Shown piece by piece: positions 19,631-30,425 of a DNA stretch of 48,130 nt (within the stretch, counting starts at the first letter, position 1; the number at the start of each line of letters is the position of its first letter). The translations under genes and the position numbers were made by a program. The notes beneath the pieces were generated by a model. That model had not been told where the DNA came from, made no database searches, and saw only the letters and a program-made list of their open reading frames with translations. Source of the DNA: Chthoniobacteraceae bacterium (lineage in GTDB: Bacteria > Verrucomicrobiota > Verrucomicrobiia > Chthoniobacterales > Chthoniobacteraceae); NCBI GenBank assembly GCA_031409335.1, contig JANNWY010000182.1, positions 1 through 48,130 on the forward strand, in the 5' to 3' direction.

Positions 19631-20779
19631 TCAATCTAATCCGATCAGGAAAACCGAGCCGACGTGATCCGGCCCCATGAACGCGCCGACCCCGCCGCTC
19701 AAGGGACGATATACGCCACTGAAGAACACGACGCGCTGAGTGCCTGGGTGGCGGAACGTGCCGACGAACGTGCCTTCGCGAGCATTGCTGAAGAGTCGCA
19801 CTTCGTATGGGTTCGGAGCCGGAACGAATTGCTGGACGGGATTCCAACTGAGATCCACCCGAATAAATCCCGCCAGATCGCCGCCGTCGAAACTCAAATA
19901 TCCCGGCGGCAGCGGCGGCAGCGCGAGCGGCACCACCGGCTCGCCGGGCGCGGGCGCGCTGAATTCCGAAAAGAACGGATAGACCGCTGCCTGGCCAGCA
20001 GTGTTTGGCTGCGGGCCGTTTGGCTGGGCGGGCCTGTGCCATTGCAACGCGCCGTCCGCGGCTTGCGAGAAGGGCGATGTGTAATTTGGGATCAGAGTCA
20101 GATCGAGCACCGTCCCATCGCCCCACACGCTGCCGCGTGTCGCCGGATGATACAGCCCGGTGTAAAGCGGAAATTTATCGCCAACGACCCGCACCGTGCC
20201 ATCGGGAAAAGTCGTCGCATCATCCGCGACGAGGAAACTGCCCGCGGTGTAAATCGTCCCGTCGCCGAGCCGTGCGATGTACCGCACCGAGCCGTCGCGT
20301 GACACCCGCACGAGGCCGTCAGTATTCGGGAGAAAGCCGAGGTCGGGAAAGTGATTCGCCACGCCGTTGAATTTCGCGTTCCACGGCGACGGCGTGCCGT
20401 GACCGTAAAGCGCAGGGCGCGCATCGACGCCGCTCGTGATCGCGCCGTCGGTCACCGCGACAACGATCTTTCCCGGAACCGCTGCCGCATCGAGATGCAC
20501 GGTGAAAGTGCCACCGCCGACTTTCGGCAAAGTCCCATCAAACGTGCCCGTGGAACTCAACGCGCCACCAAGCGCGTATCCAAATCCCTGCCACGAAACC
20601 CGCGCGCTAAACGCACCCGACGCGCCGAGCCGCGCGGCGAAAAACCCGGCATGGGCATGGTCGTCGCTGGCGGCATTGCGAATGACGCCGGCATAGCTGG
20701 TTCGCGAAGGAATTTCGGTTGGAGCATCCGCGAGGAGAGTCGCGGACGTGGCAAGCAAGAGAAGGAGGGAAGTTTTCAT
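19631..20779 (-). CDS. Secreted Gly/beta-rich hypothetical protein
   Basis: Signal peptide MKTSLLLLLATSATLLA; repeated G-x-F-x-G strands. Confidence 0.7.
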   Translation of the reverse strand: MKTSLLLLLATSATLLADAPTEIPSRTSYAGVIRNAASDDHAHAGFFAARLGASGAFSARVSWQGFGYALGGALSSTGTFDGTLPKVGGGTFTVHLDAAAVPGKIVVAVTDGAITSGVDARPALYGHGTPSPWNAKFNGVANHFPDLGFLPNTDGLVRVSRDGSVRYIARLGDGTIYTAGSFLVADDATTFPDGTVRVVGDKFPLYTGLYHPATRGSVWGDGTVLDLTLIPNYTSPFSQAADGALQWHRPAQPNGPQPNTAGQAAVYPFFSEFSAPAPGEPVVPLALPPLPPGYLSFDGGDLAGFIRVDLSWNPVQQFVPAPNPYEVRLFSNAREGTFVGTFRHPGTQRVVFFSGVYRPLSGGVGAFMGPDHVGSVFLIGLD

Positions 20780-20841
20780 GACGAGCGAGGGGGCTGGCTG
20801 AGGGAAAATCAGCACTGAAAATTCCAGCGAAGCGACGGGTT

Positions 20842-21696
20842 TTACAAGCCCGCATTTCCGATCCGCGCGCCGATCGTCGTGCGGAGAATGAGCGCCAGCT
20901 TTCGCCATTTCGGGAGTGTGTAGCGGCGGTCGAAAACTTGAAACCGGTCCCGCTGCATCTTGTCGAGCAGGCGGCTGTAAATCGCGGCCATGATTTCCGC
21001 GGCGACGAGTGCGCGCCGATCCGCGGGCGGCAGCGCTTGACGGGCTTGGTCGAAAAAGTCGCGCGCGCGCTCCGCTTCAAAATCCATCAGCGCGAGGAAC
21101 CGTTCATCGCGGCGATGCGCGGCGAGGTCGGCGCGGGTGATGCCGAAACGCGCGAGGTCTTCGGCGGGAAGGTAGATGCGGCCTTCATTCGCGAGGTCCT
21201 GGCCGACATCGCGGATGATGTTGGTGAGTTGCAGCGCGAGGCCGAGGCGCTCCGCGTATTCGCGGCTGCGCGGGTCGCGGCAACCGAAGATTTCGGTGCT
21301 GACGAGGCCGACGACGCTGGCGACGCGGTGGCAGTAAACGCGCAGGTCTTCCCAAGTCGCATACGCCGCGCCGTGCAGATCCATCTCCACGCCGGCGATG
21401 ATTTCGTGGAGGTGCGCGACCGGCAGCGAATACTTCGCGATGACCTCGCGCACGGCGGGAGCGAGCGCCGGTTCGCCGTCGAATTTTTCACCGACCGCGC
21501 GCTTCCACGCATCGAGGTCCGCCTGCTTCATCACTGGATCGCCGGGCTCGTCGGCGATGTCATCGACGACGCGGCAGAAGGCGTAAAATGTGGAGATGTC
21601 GCCGCGCTTTTCGCGGGGCAGCGCGACGAAGGCGAGCGCGAGATTCGATTTGCTCGCGCGGGTGATTTCCACCGCATCCGGCGCGGCGGCGCTCAT
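20842..21696 (-). CDS. hpnD: Presqualene diphosphate synthase (squalene/phytoene synthase family)
   Basis: SKSNLALAF, YAFCRVVDDIAD, YCHRVASVVG, LQLTNIIRDV, GRIYLP. Confidence 0.85.
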   Translation of the reverse strand: MSAAAPDAVEITRASKSNLALAFVALPREKRGDISTFYAFCRVVDDIADEPGDPVMKQADLDAWKRAVGEKFDGEPALAPAVREVIAKYSLPVAHLHEIIAGVEMDLHGAAYATWEDLRVYCHRVASVVGLVSTEIFGCRDPRSREYAERLGLALQLTNIIRDVGQDLANEGRIYLPAEDLARFGITRADLAAHRRDERFLALMDFEAERARDFFDQARQALPPADRRALVAAEIMAAIYSRLLDKMQRDRFQVFDRRYTLPKWRKLALILRTTIGARIGNAGL

Positions 21697-22385
21697 GCGA
21701 GCGGCTTCCCTTCGATGATGGATTCCCGCATCGCACCATCGCTGCCGATCGCGAGGATGTGATCGCCCGGCTCGAATGGAAAATCGGCGGAAACCGATGC
21801 GATCACTGCGACGCCAAAACGCGTGCAGCATTTCCGCAAAAGCGCGGTGAACGCGGCGGCGTCTTCCGGTGCGAGCGTGGTTTCGAGATTCTCGGCGGTG
21901 ATGACCGCGGGATCATTTGCCAGCGCGCGGGCGAGCGATACGGCGTGCTGCTGGAAATCCGTGAGGTCGTCGATGGAATGCTGCGCTTCAAGGGTGAGGC
22001 CCACAAATTCGAGAAGCATTTCCGTCCGCTCGCGCGCCTCTTCGGGCGTGACGTGGGAGATTTTGAAAAGCGGCATCGCGACATTTTCGACGACGGTAAA
22101 TGCCGGCAGCAAAAACGGCGCGGTGAAGAGAAATCCGCAGCACTCATTGCGCACCTTGTCACGATCCGGCTCGGCGAGTTTGCCGACGCTGCGCCCTTCC
22201 AAAAAGACCTCGCCCCTCTGCGGCGCATCCACCAGGCCGAGCACGCGCTGCAAGCCGGCGCATTCCCCGGTGATGAGATAAAATCCGCCCGCGCGAATGC
22301 GCAGCGAGAGACCGCGCAGGGCATCGCCATCGGCAGCGCACGCGACATCGCGGAGTTCGAGGACGGGCTGGGAGGAATCGCTCAT
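21693..22385 (-). CDS. LolD-like ABC ATPase with degenerate catalytic motifs
   Basis: LLPAFTVVENVAMPL and ARALANDP retained; Walker A, signature and Walker B degenerate. Confidence 0.8.
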   Translation of the reverse strand: MSDSSQPVLELRDVACAADGDALRGLSLRIRAGGFYLITGECAGLQRVLGLVDAPQRGEVFLEGRSVGKLAEPDRDKVRNECCGFLFTAPFLLPAFTVVENVAMPLFKISHVTPEEARERTEMLLEFVGLTLEAQHSIDDLTDFQQHAVSLARALANDPAVITAENLETTLAPEDAAAFTALLRKCCTRFGVAVIASVSADFPFEPGDHILAIGSDGAMRESIIEGKPLA

Positions 22386-22388
22386 CGG

Positions 22389-23633
22389 TCAGAATCGGAA
22401 CATCGTCTGGGTCGTCGCGGATTGTGCCGGAGTCGCGCAGCGTTTGTAAACGCAGACCCAACTCGCGAGCAGCCAGCCGAGCACGATGCCCGCGATCCAC
22501 GGAAAGAGCAGGGTCCATACAACCCACGACGCGGCGCCTTCGCCGAGGCCGCTCGCGACGATGCGCTGGATGGCATGAAGCGCGAAGCAGTGCAGCGCGG
22601 CGACGACGATGAACCACGCAAATGGCCACCAGTGTTTTGCCAGAAAAGCGCGGTGATCGCGCAGTGCGGTGGACAGCGATTCGCTGTGAAAAATGAGCGT
22701 GATCTGCATCGTGGCGGCGACCAGCGCGAAGACCGCGAGCAGCCCGCGCACGATGGCGAGCCGCTGTGAAAATGCCTCCTGCTCCGGGAACCAGCCGGCG
22801 AATGGCGCGAAGCTGCGCAGGATGAGCGGCGCCTCGATGAAGACCACGCTGAGCACCATCACGACCGCGGCCCATTTCACGACGGAGCTGAAACGGCGCA
22901 GCGAAAAATCGACGAGGTGCGCGTGCGTGAACGTGAGTCCGCGCGCCCAGATGTAGGCGAGCAGGATGAGATAGGTCTGCACGAAAAGGCTGCAGAGATA
23001 TTCAAAAACGAACGAGAGCGAGACGATGAAGCGCGACCATTGCAGGACGGTCTCCGCCGCCGCCGAACCGGGACCGAGAATTTGCGGCGCGACGTAAAGC
23101 AGCGGTTTTGCGATCGCCGCGAGCGCGCACACGAGGATGCCGAGATGGATCGCCCAACCGGCGATGCCGAGCCGCTTGTGCAGCGCGCGGATGAGCACGC
23201 CCTGATGCCCGCCGCGATTGATCAGCAAAAGGATCGCGGCCAGTGCGGAGACGGGGAACGTGGCGGTGAGGCAATTGAAAATACCGGCGAGCGTCTCGAA
23301 TGCAGGCAGCCGACTGGCGTGCAGCGCCCCGAGCAAATCGTCGTGCGGCAGCCACCAGAAATCCCCGCGCAGCCAGAAGAACGCGGGCTCGTCCGACGGT
23401 GGCGACATCCATGCGAAATAGACGCGCTGCGCGAGCTGGAAAAGCGCGGCGCAGAATCCGAACAGACCGGGTATCGCCCACAGCGCGGGGTAACGCCGGA
23501 GCGCGCGAAAGCCATCGCGCAAACCATCGTGCGCGGGGTTCGTCCACATCATCAACGCATAGCCAACGAGCGCGCAGCCGGCGAACGAAAGCGGGCTGAG
23601 AAGAAGAGCGACGAGTGACATTTCTGAAACCAC
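22389..23633 (-). CDS. Polytopic membrane protein of unknown function
   Basis: Roughly 9-10 hydrophobic segments; 3 bp from the downstream gene. Confidence 0.75.
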   Translation of the reverse strand: MVSEMSLVALLLSPLSFAGCALVGYALMMWTNPAHDGLRDGFRALRRYPALWAIPGLFGFCAALFQLAQRVYFAWMSPPSDEPAFFWLRGDFWWLPHDDLLGALHASRLPAFETLAGIFNCLTATFPVSALAAILLLINRGGHQGVLIRALHKRLGIAGWAIHLGILVCALAAIAKPLLYVAPQILGPGSAAAETVLQWSRFIVSLSFVFEYLCSLFVQTYLILLAYIWARGLTFTHAHLVDFSLRRFSSVVKWAAVVMVLSVVFIEAPLILRSFAPFAGWFPEQEAFSQRLAIVRGLLAVFALVAATMQITLIFHSESLSTALRDHRAFLAKHWWPFAWFIVVAALHCFALHAIQRIVASGLGEGAASWVVWTLLFPWIAGIVLGWLLASWVCVYKRCATPAQSATTQTMFRF

Positions 23634-23757
23634 GATGGACTAAGGACGAGGGACGCGCGCTCGCACAAGCCCGAAGGATATTTTGGCGCGTGGAATGCCG
23701 TCCGCCGCTCGGTGAAACGCCTTGCAGTCACCGCGCGCGGAACTAGCATCGACCCAT

Positions 23758-24297
23758 ATGAAAGCACTCGTCTTTTCCCTCGCCCTCGTCGCATTCAGCA
23801 CCACTCTCCGGGCGGCCGAGGCCACGCCGTCCGCGCAACTGAGCCAGTTCAAACTCGGCGAACGCATCACCGGTCCCGAAGCCACGCTCGAAACCGCCGC
23901 CGGAAAAGCGGTGCTGATCGAAGCGTGGGGCGTCCACTGCGGGCCGTGCATCGCGAGCCTGCCCGACATCGAAAAAATCTCGAAGCGGTACAAGGACAAG
24001 ATGGTCGTCTTTGGCGCGCACTCGCAGAACGCGACGGATGACGAGGTGAAGGAAGTCGTGAAGAAAAACAAACTCCACTACACGATCACCAAAGGCGTCA
24101 CGAGCCCGGTGCCGTTCAGCGGAATCCCCCGCGTGTTCATTTTCGATCCGAAGGGTGAAATGGTCTTTACCGGGAGCCCGTTCGACAAGGATTTCGAGCG
24201 TTCGCTGCGGAAGGCCGTCAGCGGTGCGTCGAGCAGTCCGGCGGCGAAGCCGAGCGGCCTCGACTCGCTGAGGAAGAATACGACCAATCCGAGCTGA
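23758..24297 (+). CDS. TlpA-like exported thioredoxin
   Basis: Signal peptide, WGVHCGPC, GIPRVFIFD. Confidence 0.88.
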   Translation: MKALVFSLALVAFSTTLRAAEATPSAQLSQFKLGERITGPEATLETAAGKAVLIEAWGVHCGPCIASLPDIEKISKRYKDKMVVFGAHSQNATDDEVKEVVKKNKLHYTITKGVTSPVPFSGIPRVFIFDPKGEMVFTGSPFDKDFERSLRKAVSGASSSPAAKPSGLDSLRKNTTNPS

Positions 24298-24367
24298 CCC
24301 TCGTCGGCGGATTTTCAGCGTGCGGGCTCGCCATGCGGCGAGGCGTGTCTCTACGTTGCGCGCCGCC

Positions 24368-25864
24368 ATGAAATTTCCCGCATTCGCACTCGCCACACTC
24401 CTCGCCATCCTCGCGCCAGCGTTCGCACAAACGCCGAACGAGAAGAAAAATCCCGCCGACGAATACGAAGCGCGCAAGCACGTCGCGGCGGATGGGCAGA
24501 CGCTGAACTATCGGCTGCTCAAGCCGCTCAACTACGACGCGACGAAAAAGTATCCCATCGTCCTTTTTCTCCACGGCGCGGGGGAACGCGGGGACGACAA
24601 TGTGTCGCAACTCAGGCACGGCGCACCGCTTTTCATCAAACCGGAGGCGCGGGAAAAGTATGCGTGCTTTGTCATCGCGCCGCAGTGTCCCACCGAGCAG
24701 AAATGGGCGGACATCGACTGGGCGAGCGATGCGCCGACGCAGCCGGAGAAGGTGAGCGCGTCGATGGCGCTGACGCTCGCGGCGATCGCAGCGCTGCAAA
24801 AGGAATTCAGCATCGACGCGGACCGGCTCTACGTCACCGGACTCTCGATGGGCGGCTACGGGACGTGGGATTTGGCCACGCGATTTCCAAAGCAATTCGC
24901 CGCGGCGGCGCCCATCTGCGGCGGTGGCGACAAGGCAAAAGCGGCGCTTGCGAAAGACGTGCCGATCTGGGCGTTTCACGGCGTGGACGACAAGGCGGTG
25001 AAACTCATCCGCACAGTGGAGATGATCGATGCGATCAAGGCTGCGGACGGGAATGCGTTCTTCAGCGAGTATCCGTATCTCGCGCACGATTCGTGGACGA
25101 CGGCCTACGGCGAGCCGGACTTTTTGCCGTGGCTTTTCGCGCAGCGTCGCGGGCAGCCGGCGGTCGCATTCGCGAGAATCGCGGGGCCGCTCGCGCAGCC
25201 GCCGTCGAATCAGTGTCCGGGCGCGGGGCCGATGCAGTCGGGGCTGTGGTTTCGGAAATTGTGGGATACGCGGCGCGGTGAGTGGGACAAGGCGAAGGCC
25301 GCGGATCAAGGCGCGGTGGTGTTTTTCGGCGACTCGATCACGCAGGGCTGGGGCTCACTGGAGAAAGATTTTCCGAATCTGAAAGTGGCAAATCGCGGCA
25401 TCAGCGGCGACACCACGCGCGGTCTGCTGACGCGCATTCAGGCCGACGTGCTCGATGTGAATCCGCGCGCGGTTTCACTCCTCATTGGCACGAACGATCT
25501 CGACCAGGGTGGCACGCCGGAAACGATCGCGGCGAATATGAAGGCGATCGTGGCCGCGCTGCACAAAGCGAATCCGAAGATGCCGATCATCCTGAACAAA
25601 GTGATGCCGCGCGGGCTGAAGAAGGAGCGCAGTTTTGAGGAATCGATTCCGAAGCTGAACGCGCTCTATGAAGCCGCGTTCAAAGACGATCCGCTCGTCA
25701 CGTTTCACGACACGTATGCGCTTTTCCTGAATGCGGAAAAGTCGGTGAACAAGGACGAGTTCCCCGATCTGCTGCACCCGAACGGCGTCGGCTACGCAAA
25801 GTGGACCGCCGCGTTGCAGCCGATCTTTGAGAAGCTGAAACTCGGCGAGCCTGCGGTGAAGTGA
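24368..25864 (+). CDS. Secreted alpha/beta-hydrolase esterase fused to GDSL/SGNH lipase
   Basis: LFLHGAGERG, GLSMGG, FHG..D, HDSW; GDSIT, NRGISGD, GTND, DLLHP. Confidence 0.9.
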   Translation: MKFPAFALATLLAILAPAFAQTPNEKKNPADEYEARKHVAADGQTLNYRLLKPLNYDATKKYPIVLFLHGAGERGDDNVSQLRHGAPLFIKPEAREKYACFVIAPQCPTEQKWADIDWASDAPTQPEKVSASMALTLAAIAALQKEFSIDADRLYVTGLSMGGYGTWDLATRFPKQFAAAAPICGGGDKAKAALAKDVPIWAFHGVDDKAVKLIRTVEMIDAIKAADGNAFFSEYPYLAHDSWTTAYGEPDFLPWLFAQRRGQPAVAFARIAGPLAQPPSNQCPGAGPMQSGLWFRKLWDTRRGEWDKAKAADQGAVVFFGDSITQGWGSLEKDFPNLKVANRGISGDTTRGLLTRIQADVLDVNPRAVSLLIGTNDLDQGGTPETIAANMKAIVAALHKANPKMPIILNKVMPRGLKKERSFEESIPKLNALYEAAFKDDPLVTFHDTYALFLNAEKSVNKDEFPDLLHPNGVGYAKWTAALQPIFEKLKLGEPAVK

Positions 25865-26319
25865 TCGAGATCGTCACGCTGTGCGATCGACCGGAATTCA
25901 TCCCGCTCGTCGCGCGGTGGAACTGGGCGGAGTGGAGTGATCTGCTGCCGTGCGCTTCGTGCGACGCGTTCGCGGAAGACCTCCGCGCACGGACGACGCG
26001 CGACCGCGTGCCGATTACCTTTCTCGCGTTGGAAGACGGCGCGCCCGCGGGGACGGTGAGTTTGATCGAAGATGATCTGGAAACGCGTCCGGAGCTGACG
26101 CCGTGGCTGGCGTCGCTTTACGTCCTGCCGGAAAAGCGCGGTGGTGGACTCGGAAAGATGCTGGTGAAACATGCGGTCGCGGCGGCGCGGAGATTTGGAA
26201 TCGGGACGCTCTATTTGTACACGCCGGGACAGGAAGCGTTTTACCGCGCGCTCGGTTGGGAGTTTTTGGAAGCGACGCAGTTTCGTGGACGGGCGATCAC
26301 GATTATGCGGCGCAGGTGA
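25861..26319 (+). CDS. GNAT-family N-acetyltransferase
   Basis: PWLASLYVLPEKRGGGLG, LYLYT, FYRALGW. Confidence 0.88.
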   Translation: MIEIVTLCDRPEFIPLVARWNWAEWSDLLPCASCDAFAEDLRARTTRDRVPITFLALEDGAPAGTVSLIEDDLETRPELTPWLASLYVLPEKRGGGLGKMLVKHAVAAARRFGIGTLYLYTPGQEAFYRALGWEFLEATQFRGRAITIMRRR

Positions 26320-26487
26320 TCCGGGTAGCACGCTCGTCCCGAGCGTTGGCGAAGGCGTCCCGCCTTCGCGAACTTTCCAAACGCGGCGGCGCGGATGTCG
26401 TTCACGTTTTCCCAAAACGATGAGGCAGGGAAGTTCGGTTCGGCGGGACGCGTTCACCAACACGCGGGACGCGTATGCTCCCCGGAA
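26320..26487. repeat. Intergenic REP/MITE-like element with ~58-bp imperfect inverted arms
   Basis: tccgggtagcacgctcgtcccgagcgttggcgaaggcgtcccgcc...gaactttcc versus reverse complement of ggaagttc...ggcgggacgcgttcaccaacacgcgggacgcgtatgctccccgga. Confidence 0.75.
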
Positions 26488-26546
26488 TACTTGCGTCCGC
26501 TTTGTCACTTGTGCGCGATGCAAACGTGCGCCCTCTTCCGATTGCC

Positions 26547-29315
26547 ATGAAACTTTCCCACCTCCACTGGCTCGCCTTCGCAGCCTGCCTTTCCACCGGC
26601 CACGCGCAACTCGTCCGCCAGGCCAACACCACGCTCACCCTCCCCGCCAATCTCCCCGCCGCCACCGGCTACACCACGGAGAATGCCCTCGGCACACTCT
26701 CCTTTGCCGCACCGATGGTGACGGCGTATCCGGCGGGCGAGACGAACCGTCTCTTTGTCGCTGAACGCAGTGGGACGATTCAGTGCGTGAGCGCGCTGGG
26801 CACGACGCCGGTGAAATCAAGCTACCTCAATCTGACGAGTCTGCTGATCGCCGGTCAGACGCTGCGCACCGACGGGGAAAACGGATTTCTCAGTCTCGTA
26901 TTCCACCCGAATTTCGCTACGAACGGCACGTTTTTCGTCTATTTCAGCATCGATGTGGGCGGCGTGCTTTTTCAAAGGCTGCATCAAGTTTCCGTGACGA
27001 ATCCCTCGGCAAACACCGCGGTGATTTTTTCCCACAAGCCGCTGCTCACCGTCCTGGACCGTGACACGAATCACAACGGCGGGGACCTGCATTTCGGAGC
27101 CGACGGTTTTCTCTACCTAACGCTCGGCGATGAAGGTGGCGGCGGTGACAACCGCAACAACGCGCGCTTCATCAATCATCGCAATGACGCGACCGCGCGG
27201 CGTCCCGGATTCTGGGGGCAATTGCTGCGGCTCGCCGTCGAAGAGAACGCAAAAACCGCGCCTGGCATTTTCGCCGCGGGCGCGCTCGCGCCGAATGCGC
27301 ACACGCAAAACTCGGTCGCGTTTCCGAGCGCGCTGCACGGCAACTACCGCGTGCCGGCGGACAATCCCTTCATCGGCTACACGCTCTGGCACAGCGTTGC
27401 CATCCCGGCGGGCACGCTGCGGACGGAGATTTACGCGACAGGATTGCGCAATCCGTTTCGCTGGAATTTCGATCCGCCAACGGGGCGCATTTTCATCGGC
27501 GATGTCGGGCAGGGCATTTACGAGGAAATCAACATCGTCAAAAAGGGCGACGATCTCGGGTGGAGCTGGCGCGAAGGGCTGCATCAGTATTTCAGCCCAC
27601 CCGCGCCGACGACTCCGCCCGCGCCGCCCGTGGCGGGCAATCCGCCGGGAACGGGTTTCAGCCGCGTAGATCCGATCTACGAATACGATCACACGGCTGA
27701 CGGCAACGGCAACGACGCGGTGATTTCCGGCAGCTCGATCACCGGTGGCATCGTGTGTCGCGGGAGCCGGCTCACGGAACTTTACGGCACTTACATTTTT
27801 GCCGACTACAACTCGGGCTTCATCGCGGCCCTGACCGAGCAGGCGAACGGCACCTGGACCGGCGCGCGGCTCGCGACCGACAGCGGCATCGTCGATTTCG
27901 GAGTCGATCCGCGCAACGGCGACGTGATTTTTTGCGATCTGAATGCGGGCTCGGTGCGGCGGCTCGCGCGCTCCGGCACGACCGGTGCGAATCCGCCCGC
28001 GACGCTTTCGGCGACGGGCGCATTCTCGAATCTCGCGACGCTCACGCCGAATGCGGGCCTCGTGGATTACGAGCAGAACGTGCCGTTTTGGAGCGACTAC
28101 GCCACCAAGTCGCGCTGGTTCGCGATCAAGAATCTGACGGACACGGTGGGTTTTTCCGCGAACGGAAACTGGACGCTGCCGACGGGGATGGTGTGGGTGA
28201 AACATTTCGACATCGAGACGACACGCGGCGTGCCTGCGACGCGGCGGAGGCTGGAGACGCGCTTCCTCGTGAAGACGGCGACGGACGTTTACGGGCTCAG
28301 CTACAAATGGCGCCCGGACCAGTTGGAGGCTGATCTCGTCGCGGAGAACGGTCTCTCGGAACTCATCCCCGCGAGCAGTCCCGCCCAAATCTGGCGCTAC
28401 CCGAGCCGGAGCGAGTGCCGCGCGTGCCACACGGGCGTCGCGGGATTCGCGCTCAGCTTCAATACGCGGCAGATGAATAACGATCATGTCTTCGGCGCGC
28501 AGACGCTCAATCAAATCGCCGCATTGCGCGACGCGCAGACGAGCGGTGCGCTGCCCGCGAGCTATTTCACCGCCGGCACCGCGCCTGCGGTCACGAATAC
28601 GCTGCCGTTTTTGGCCGAGGCTGGGGATGGGACGAAGAGTTACGAATTCCGCGTGCGCTCCTACCTCTCGGTGAATTGCGTGCAATGCCACCAGCCCGGC
28701 GGCCCCGCGACGGGGAACTGGGACGCGCGCGTGACGACGCCGACCGACGCGGCGAATCTCATCAACGGCCTGCTCGTGAACAACGGCGGCGACACGGCGA
28801 ACCGCTTCGCCGTGCCGAACGACACTGCGCATTCGATGGTCCTCACGCGGCTGCAAGGCGCGGGTGCGCCGCGGATGCCGCCGTTCGGGTCGAACGAACT
28901 CGATCCCGTGGCCATCCAGCTCCTCACCGACTGGATCACACTCGAATTGCCCACCCGCGAAAGCCTCGCGCAATGGCAGACGCGCAATTTCGGCTCTCCC
29001 GCCCCGCTCACGGGCGACGCCGATTTCGACGGACAGACGAATGGATTCGAGTTCCTCACCGGCACCGATCCGCTCAATGCGAACGGCCGCTGGACGCTCT
29101 CGGCGCAGCTCGTAGGCGGAAACTACGAGGTCACTTTTCCACAAACGGAAAACCGCGCCGTGCTCGTCGAAACGAGTCTTGATCTGCAAACGTGGTCGCT
29201 GTGGGACGTGCCGGGGAATCAGCCAATGTTTACGTTTGAAGGCGCGATGCGCACCATCACGGGGTCGGCGAATGGCGATCAGCAATACTTCCGCGCGCGC
29301 TTGATCGAGCAGTAG
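26547..29315 (+). CDS. Secreted glucose/sorbosone dehydrogenase-like beta-propeller with c-type cytochrome domain
   Basis: [34 protein letters not shown] and CVQCH heme motifs; DADFDG.TN.FE...GTDP tail. Confidence 0.88.
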   Translation: MKLSHLHWLAFAACLSTGHAQLVRQANTTLTLPANLPAATGYTTENALGTLSFAAPMVTAYPAGETNRLFVAERSGTIQCVSALGTTPVKSSYLNLTSLLIAGQTLRTDGENGFLSLVFHPNFATNGTFFVYFSIDVGGVLFQRLHQVSVTNPSANTAVIFSHKPLLTVLDRDTNHNGGDLHFGADGFLYLTLGDEGGGGDNRNNARFINHRNDATARRPGFWGQLLRLAVEENAKTAPGIFAAGALAPNAHTQNSVAFPSALHGNYRVPADNPFIGYTLWHSVAIPAGTLRTEIYATGLRNPFRWNFDPPTGRIFIGDVGQGIYEEINIVKKGDDLGWSWREGLHQYFSPPAPTTPPAPPVAGNPPGTGFSRVDPIYEYDHTADGNGNDAVISGSSITGGIVCRGSRLTELYGTYIFADYNSGFIAALTEQANGTWTGARLATDSGIVDFGVDPRNGDVIFCDLNAGSVRRLARSGTTGANPPATLSATGAFSNLATLTPNAGLVDYEQNVPFWSDYATKSRWFAIKNLTDTVGFSANGNWTLPTGMVWVKHFDIETTRGVPATRRRLETRFLVKTATDVYGLSYKWRPDQLEADLVAENGLSELIPASSPAQIWRYPSRSECRACHTGVAGFALSFNTRQMNNDHVFGAQTLNQIAALRDAQTSGALPASYFTAGTAPAVTNTLPFLAEAGDGTKSYEFRVRSYLSVNCVQCHQPGGPATGNWDARVTTPTDAANLINGLLVNNGGDTANRFAVPNDTAHSMVLTRLQGAGAPRMPPFGSNELDPVAIQLLTDWITLELPTRESLAQWQTRNFGSPAPLTGDADFDGQTNGFEFLTGTDPLNANGRWTLSAQLVGGNYEVTFPQTENRAVLVETSLDLQTWSLWDVPGNQPMFTFEGAMRTITGSANGDQQYFRARLIEQ

Positions 29316-29325
29316 CATCCGCAAT

Positions 29326-29405
29326 GTGGCTTGCCGCTCCAGCGGCGAGCGGGGAAGGTGGCGGGCCTGCCGTTTGTCCCGCTCGCCGCTGGAGCGGCAA
29401 GCCAC
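29326..29405. repeat. Perfect 28-bp-arm palindrome (REP-like)
   Basis: gtggcttgccgctccagcggcgagcggg ... cccgctcgccgctggagcggcaagccac. Confidence 0.85.
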
Positions 29406-29422
29406 TTATACATTCCGCTGCC

Positions 29423-29986
29423 ATGCTTCTCGTCATCGATAACTACGACTCGTTCACGTACAACCTCGTCCAGTATTTCGGCGAACTCGGCGCGGACCCG
29501 CTCGTGAAGCGCAACGACGAAATCACGCTCGATGGAATCCGCGCGCTGAAACCCGAGCGCATCGTCATTTCCCCCGGCCCCTGCACGCCAAACGAAGCCG
29601 GCATCAGCAACGACGTGATCCGCACTTTTGGCGCGGGCACACCGATCCTCGGCGTGTGCCTCGGGCATCAGTGCATGGGCCAGGTTTTCGGCGGCGATGT
29701 CATCCGCGCGCCGCGGCTCATGCATGGGAAAACCTCGCCGATTTTGCACAATGGCGAGGGAGTTTTCGCCGGGCTGCCAAATCCGTTTGAAGCGACGCGC
29801 TACCATTCGCTCGTCGTGAAACGGGAGACATTTCCCACCGCGCTGGAGATCACCGCGGAGACGGCGGAGAAGGAAATCATGGGCCTGCGGCATCGCGAGT
29901 TTCCGATGCACGGCGTGCAGTTTCACCCCGAGTCGATCCTGACGCTGGAAGGGAAGAAGCTGCTCGGGAATTTCCTCGGTCTTTAG
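29423..29986 (+). CDS. trpG: Anthranilate/aminodeoxychorismate synthase component II
   Basis: [35 protein letters not shown]. Confidence 0.93.
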   Translation: MLLVIDNYDSFTYNLVQYFGELGADPLVKRNDEITLDGIRALKPERIVISPGPCTPNEAGISNDVIRTFGAGTPILGVCLGHQCMGQVFGGDVIRAPRLMHGKTSPILHNGEGVFAGLPNPFEATRYHSLVVKRETFPTALEITAETAEKEIMGLRHREFPMHGVQFHPESILTLEGKKLLGNFLGL

Positions 29987-30009
29987 TCGATGCGGAGCAG
30001 TCGCCCGCG

Positions 30010-30425
30010 TTACATCAACTGATACGCGTCCACATCCACGGTGACGATGACGTCCTCGGGAAACGGCAGCTTGTCCAGCACACCGCGCAAATGCCGGCTC
30101 AGTTTCAAAATGGCCTTCGTCCGCAGCATGAGTTGGAAGCGGAAATTGCCGTGCGATTTTTCCAGTGGGGCGGGCGCGGGTTCGCTGAGGGTGGTGCCGG
30201 GGGGGGGGAGGGATTCGGCGAGGCGGCGGTGCAGGGTTTCGGTGGAGAAGCTGGCGCGGGCTTCGTGCGGGGAGCGGATGTGGATGATGATGAGATGCGT
30301 GAAGGGCGGGTAGTCCCACTGTTTGCGGAACTCGATTTCCTGCTCCCAGAAGCCCTCGAAATCGTGATGTCGCGCGAACTGAATCGCAGGACTGAACGGC
30401 GTGAAACTTTGCACGAAGACCTCGC
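30010..30425 (-). pseudogene. priA: Orphan duplicate of the priA 3' end (left direct repeat)
   Basis: Encodes EVFVQSFTPFSP...DVDAYQLM, nearly identical to the C-terminus of priA at 37135-37547; similarity stops abruptly after gaagacctcgc. Confidence 0.92.

Noticed and set aside
27117..29405. Long antisense ORFs (also 17796-19199, 41435-42688, 46692-48074 and others)
   Set aside because: Arg/Ala-rich shadow frames of real genes, expected in high-GC DNA; no recognisable motifs
30199..30208. G10 tract as a phase-variation switch
   Set aside because: Lies in the orphan priA fragment, is in frame, and homopolymer length may be a sequencing artefact
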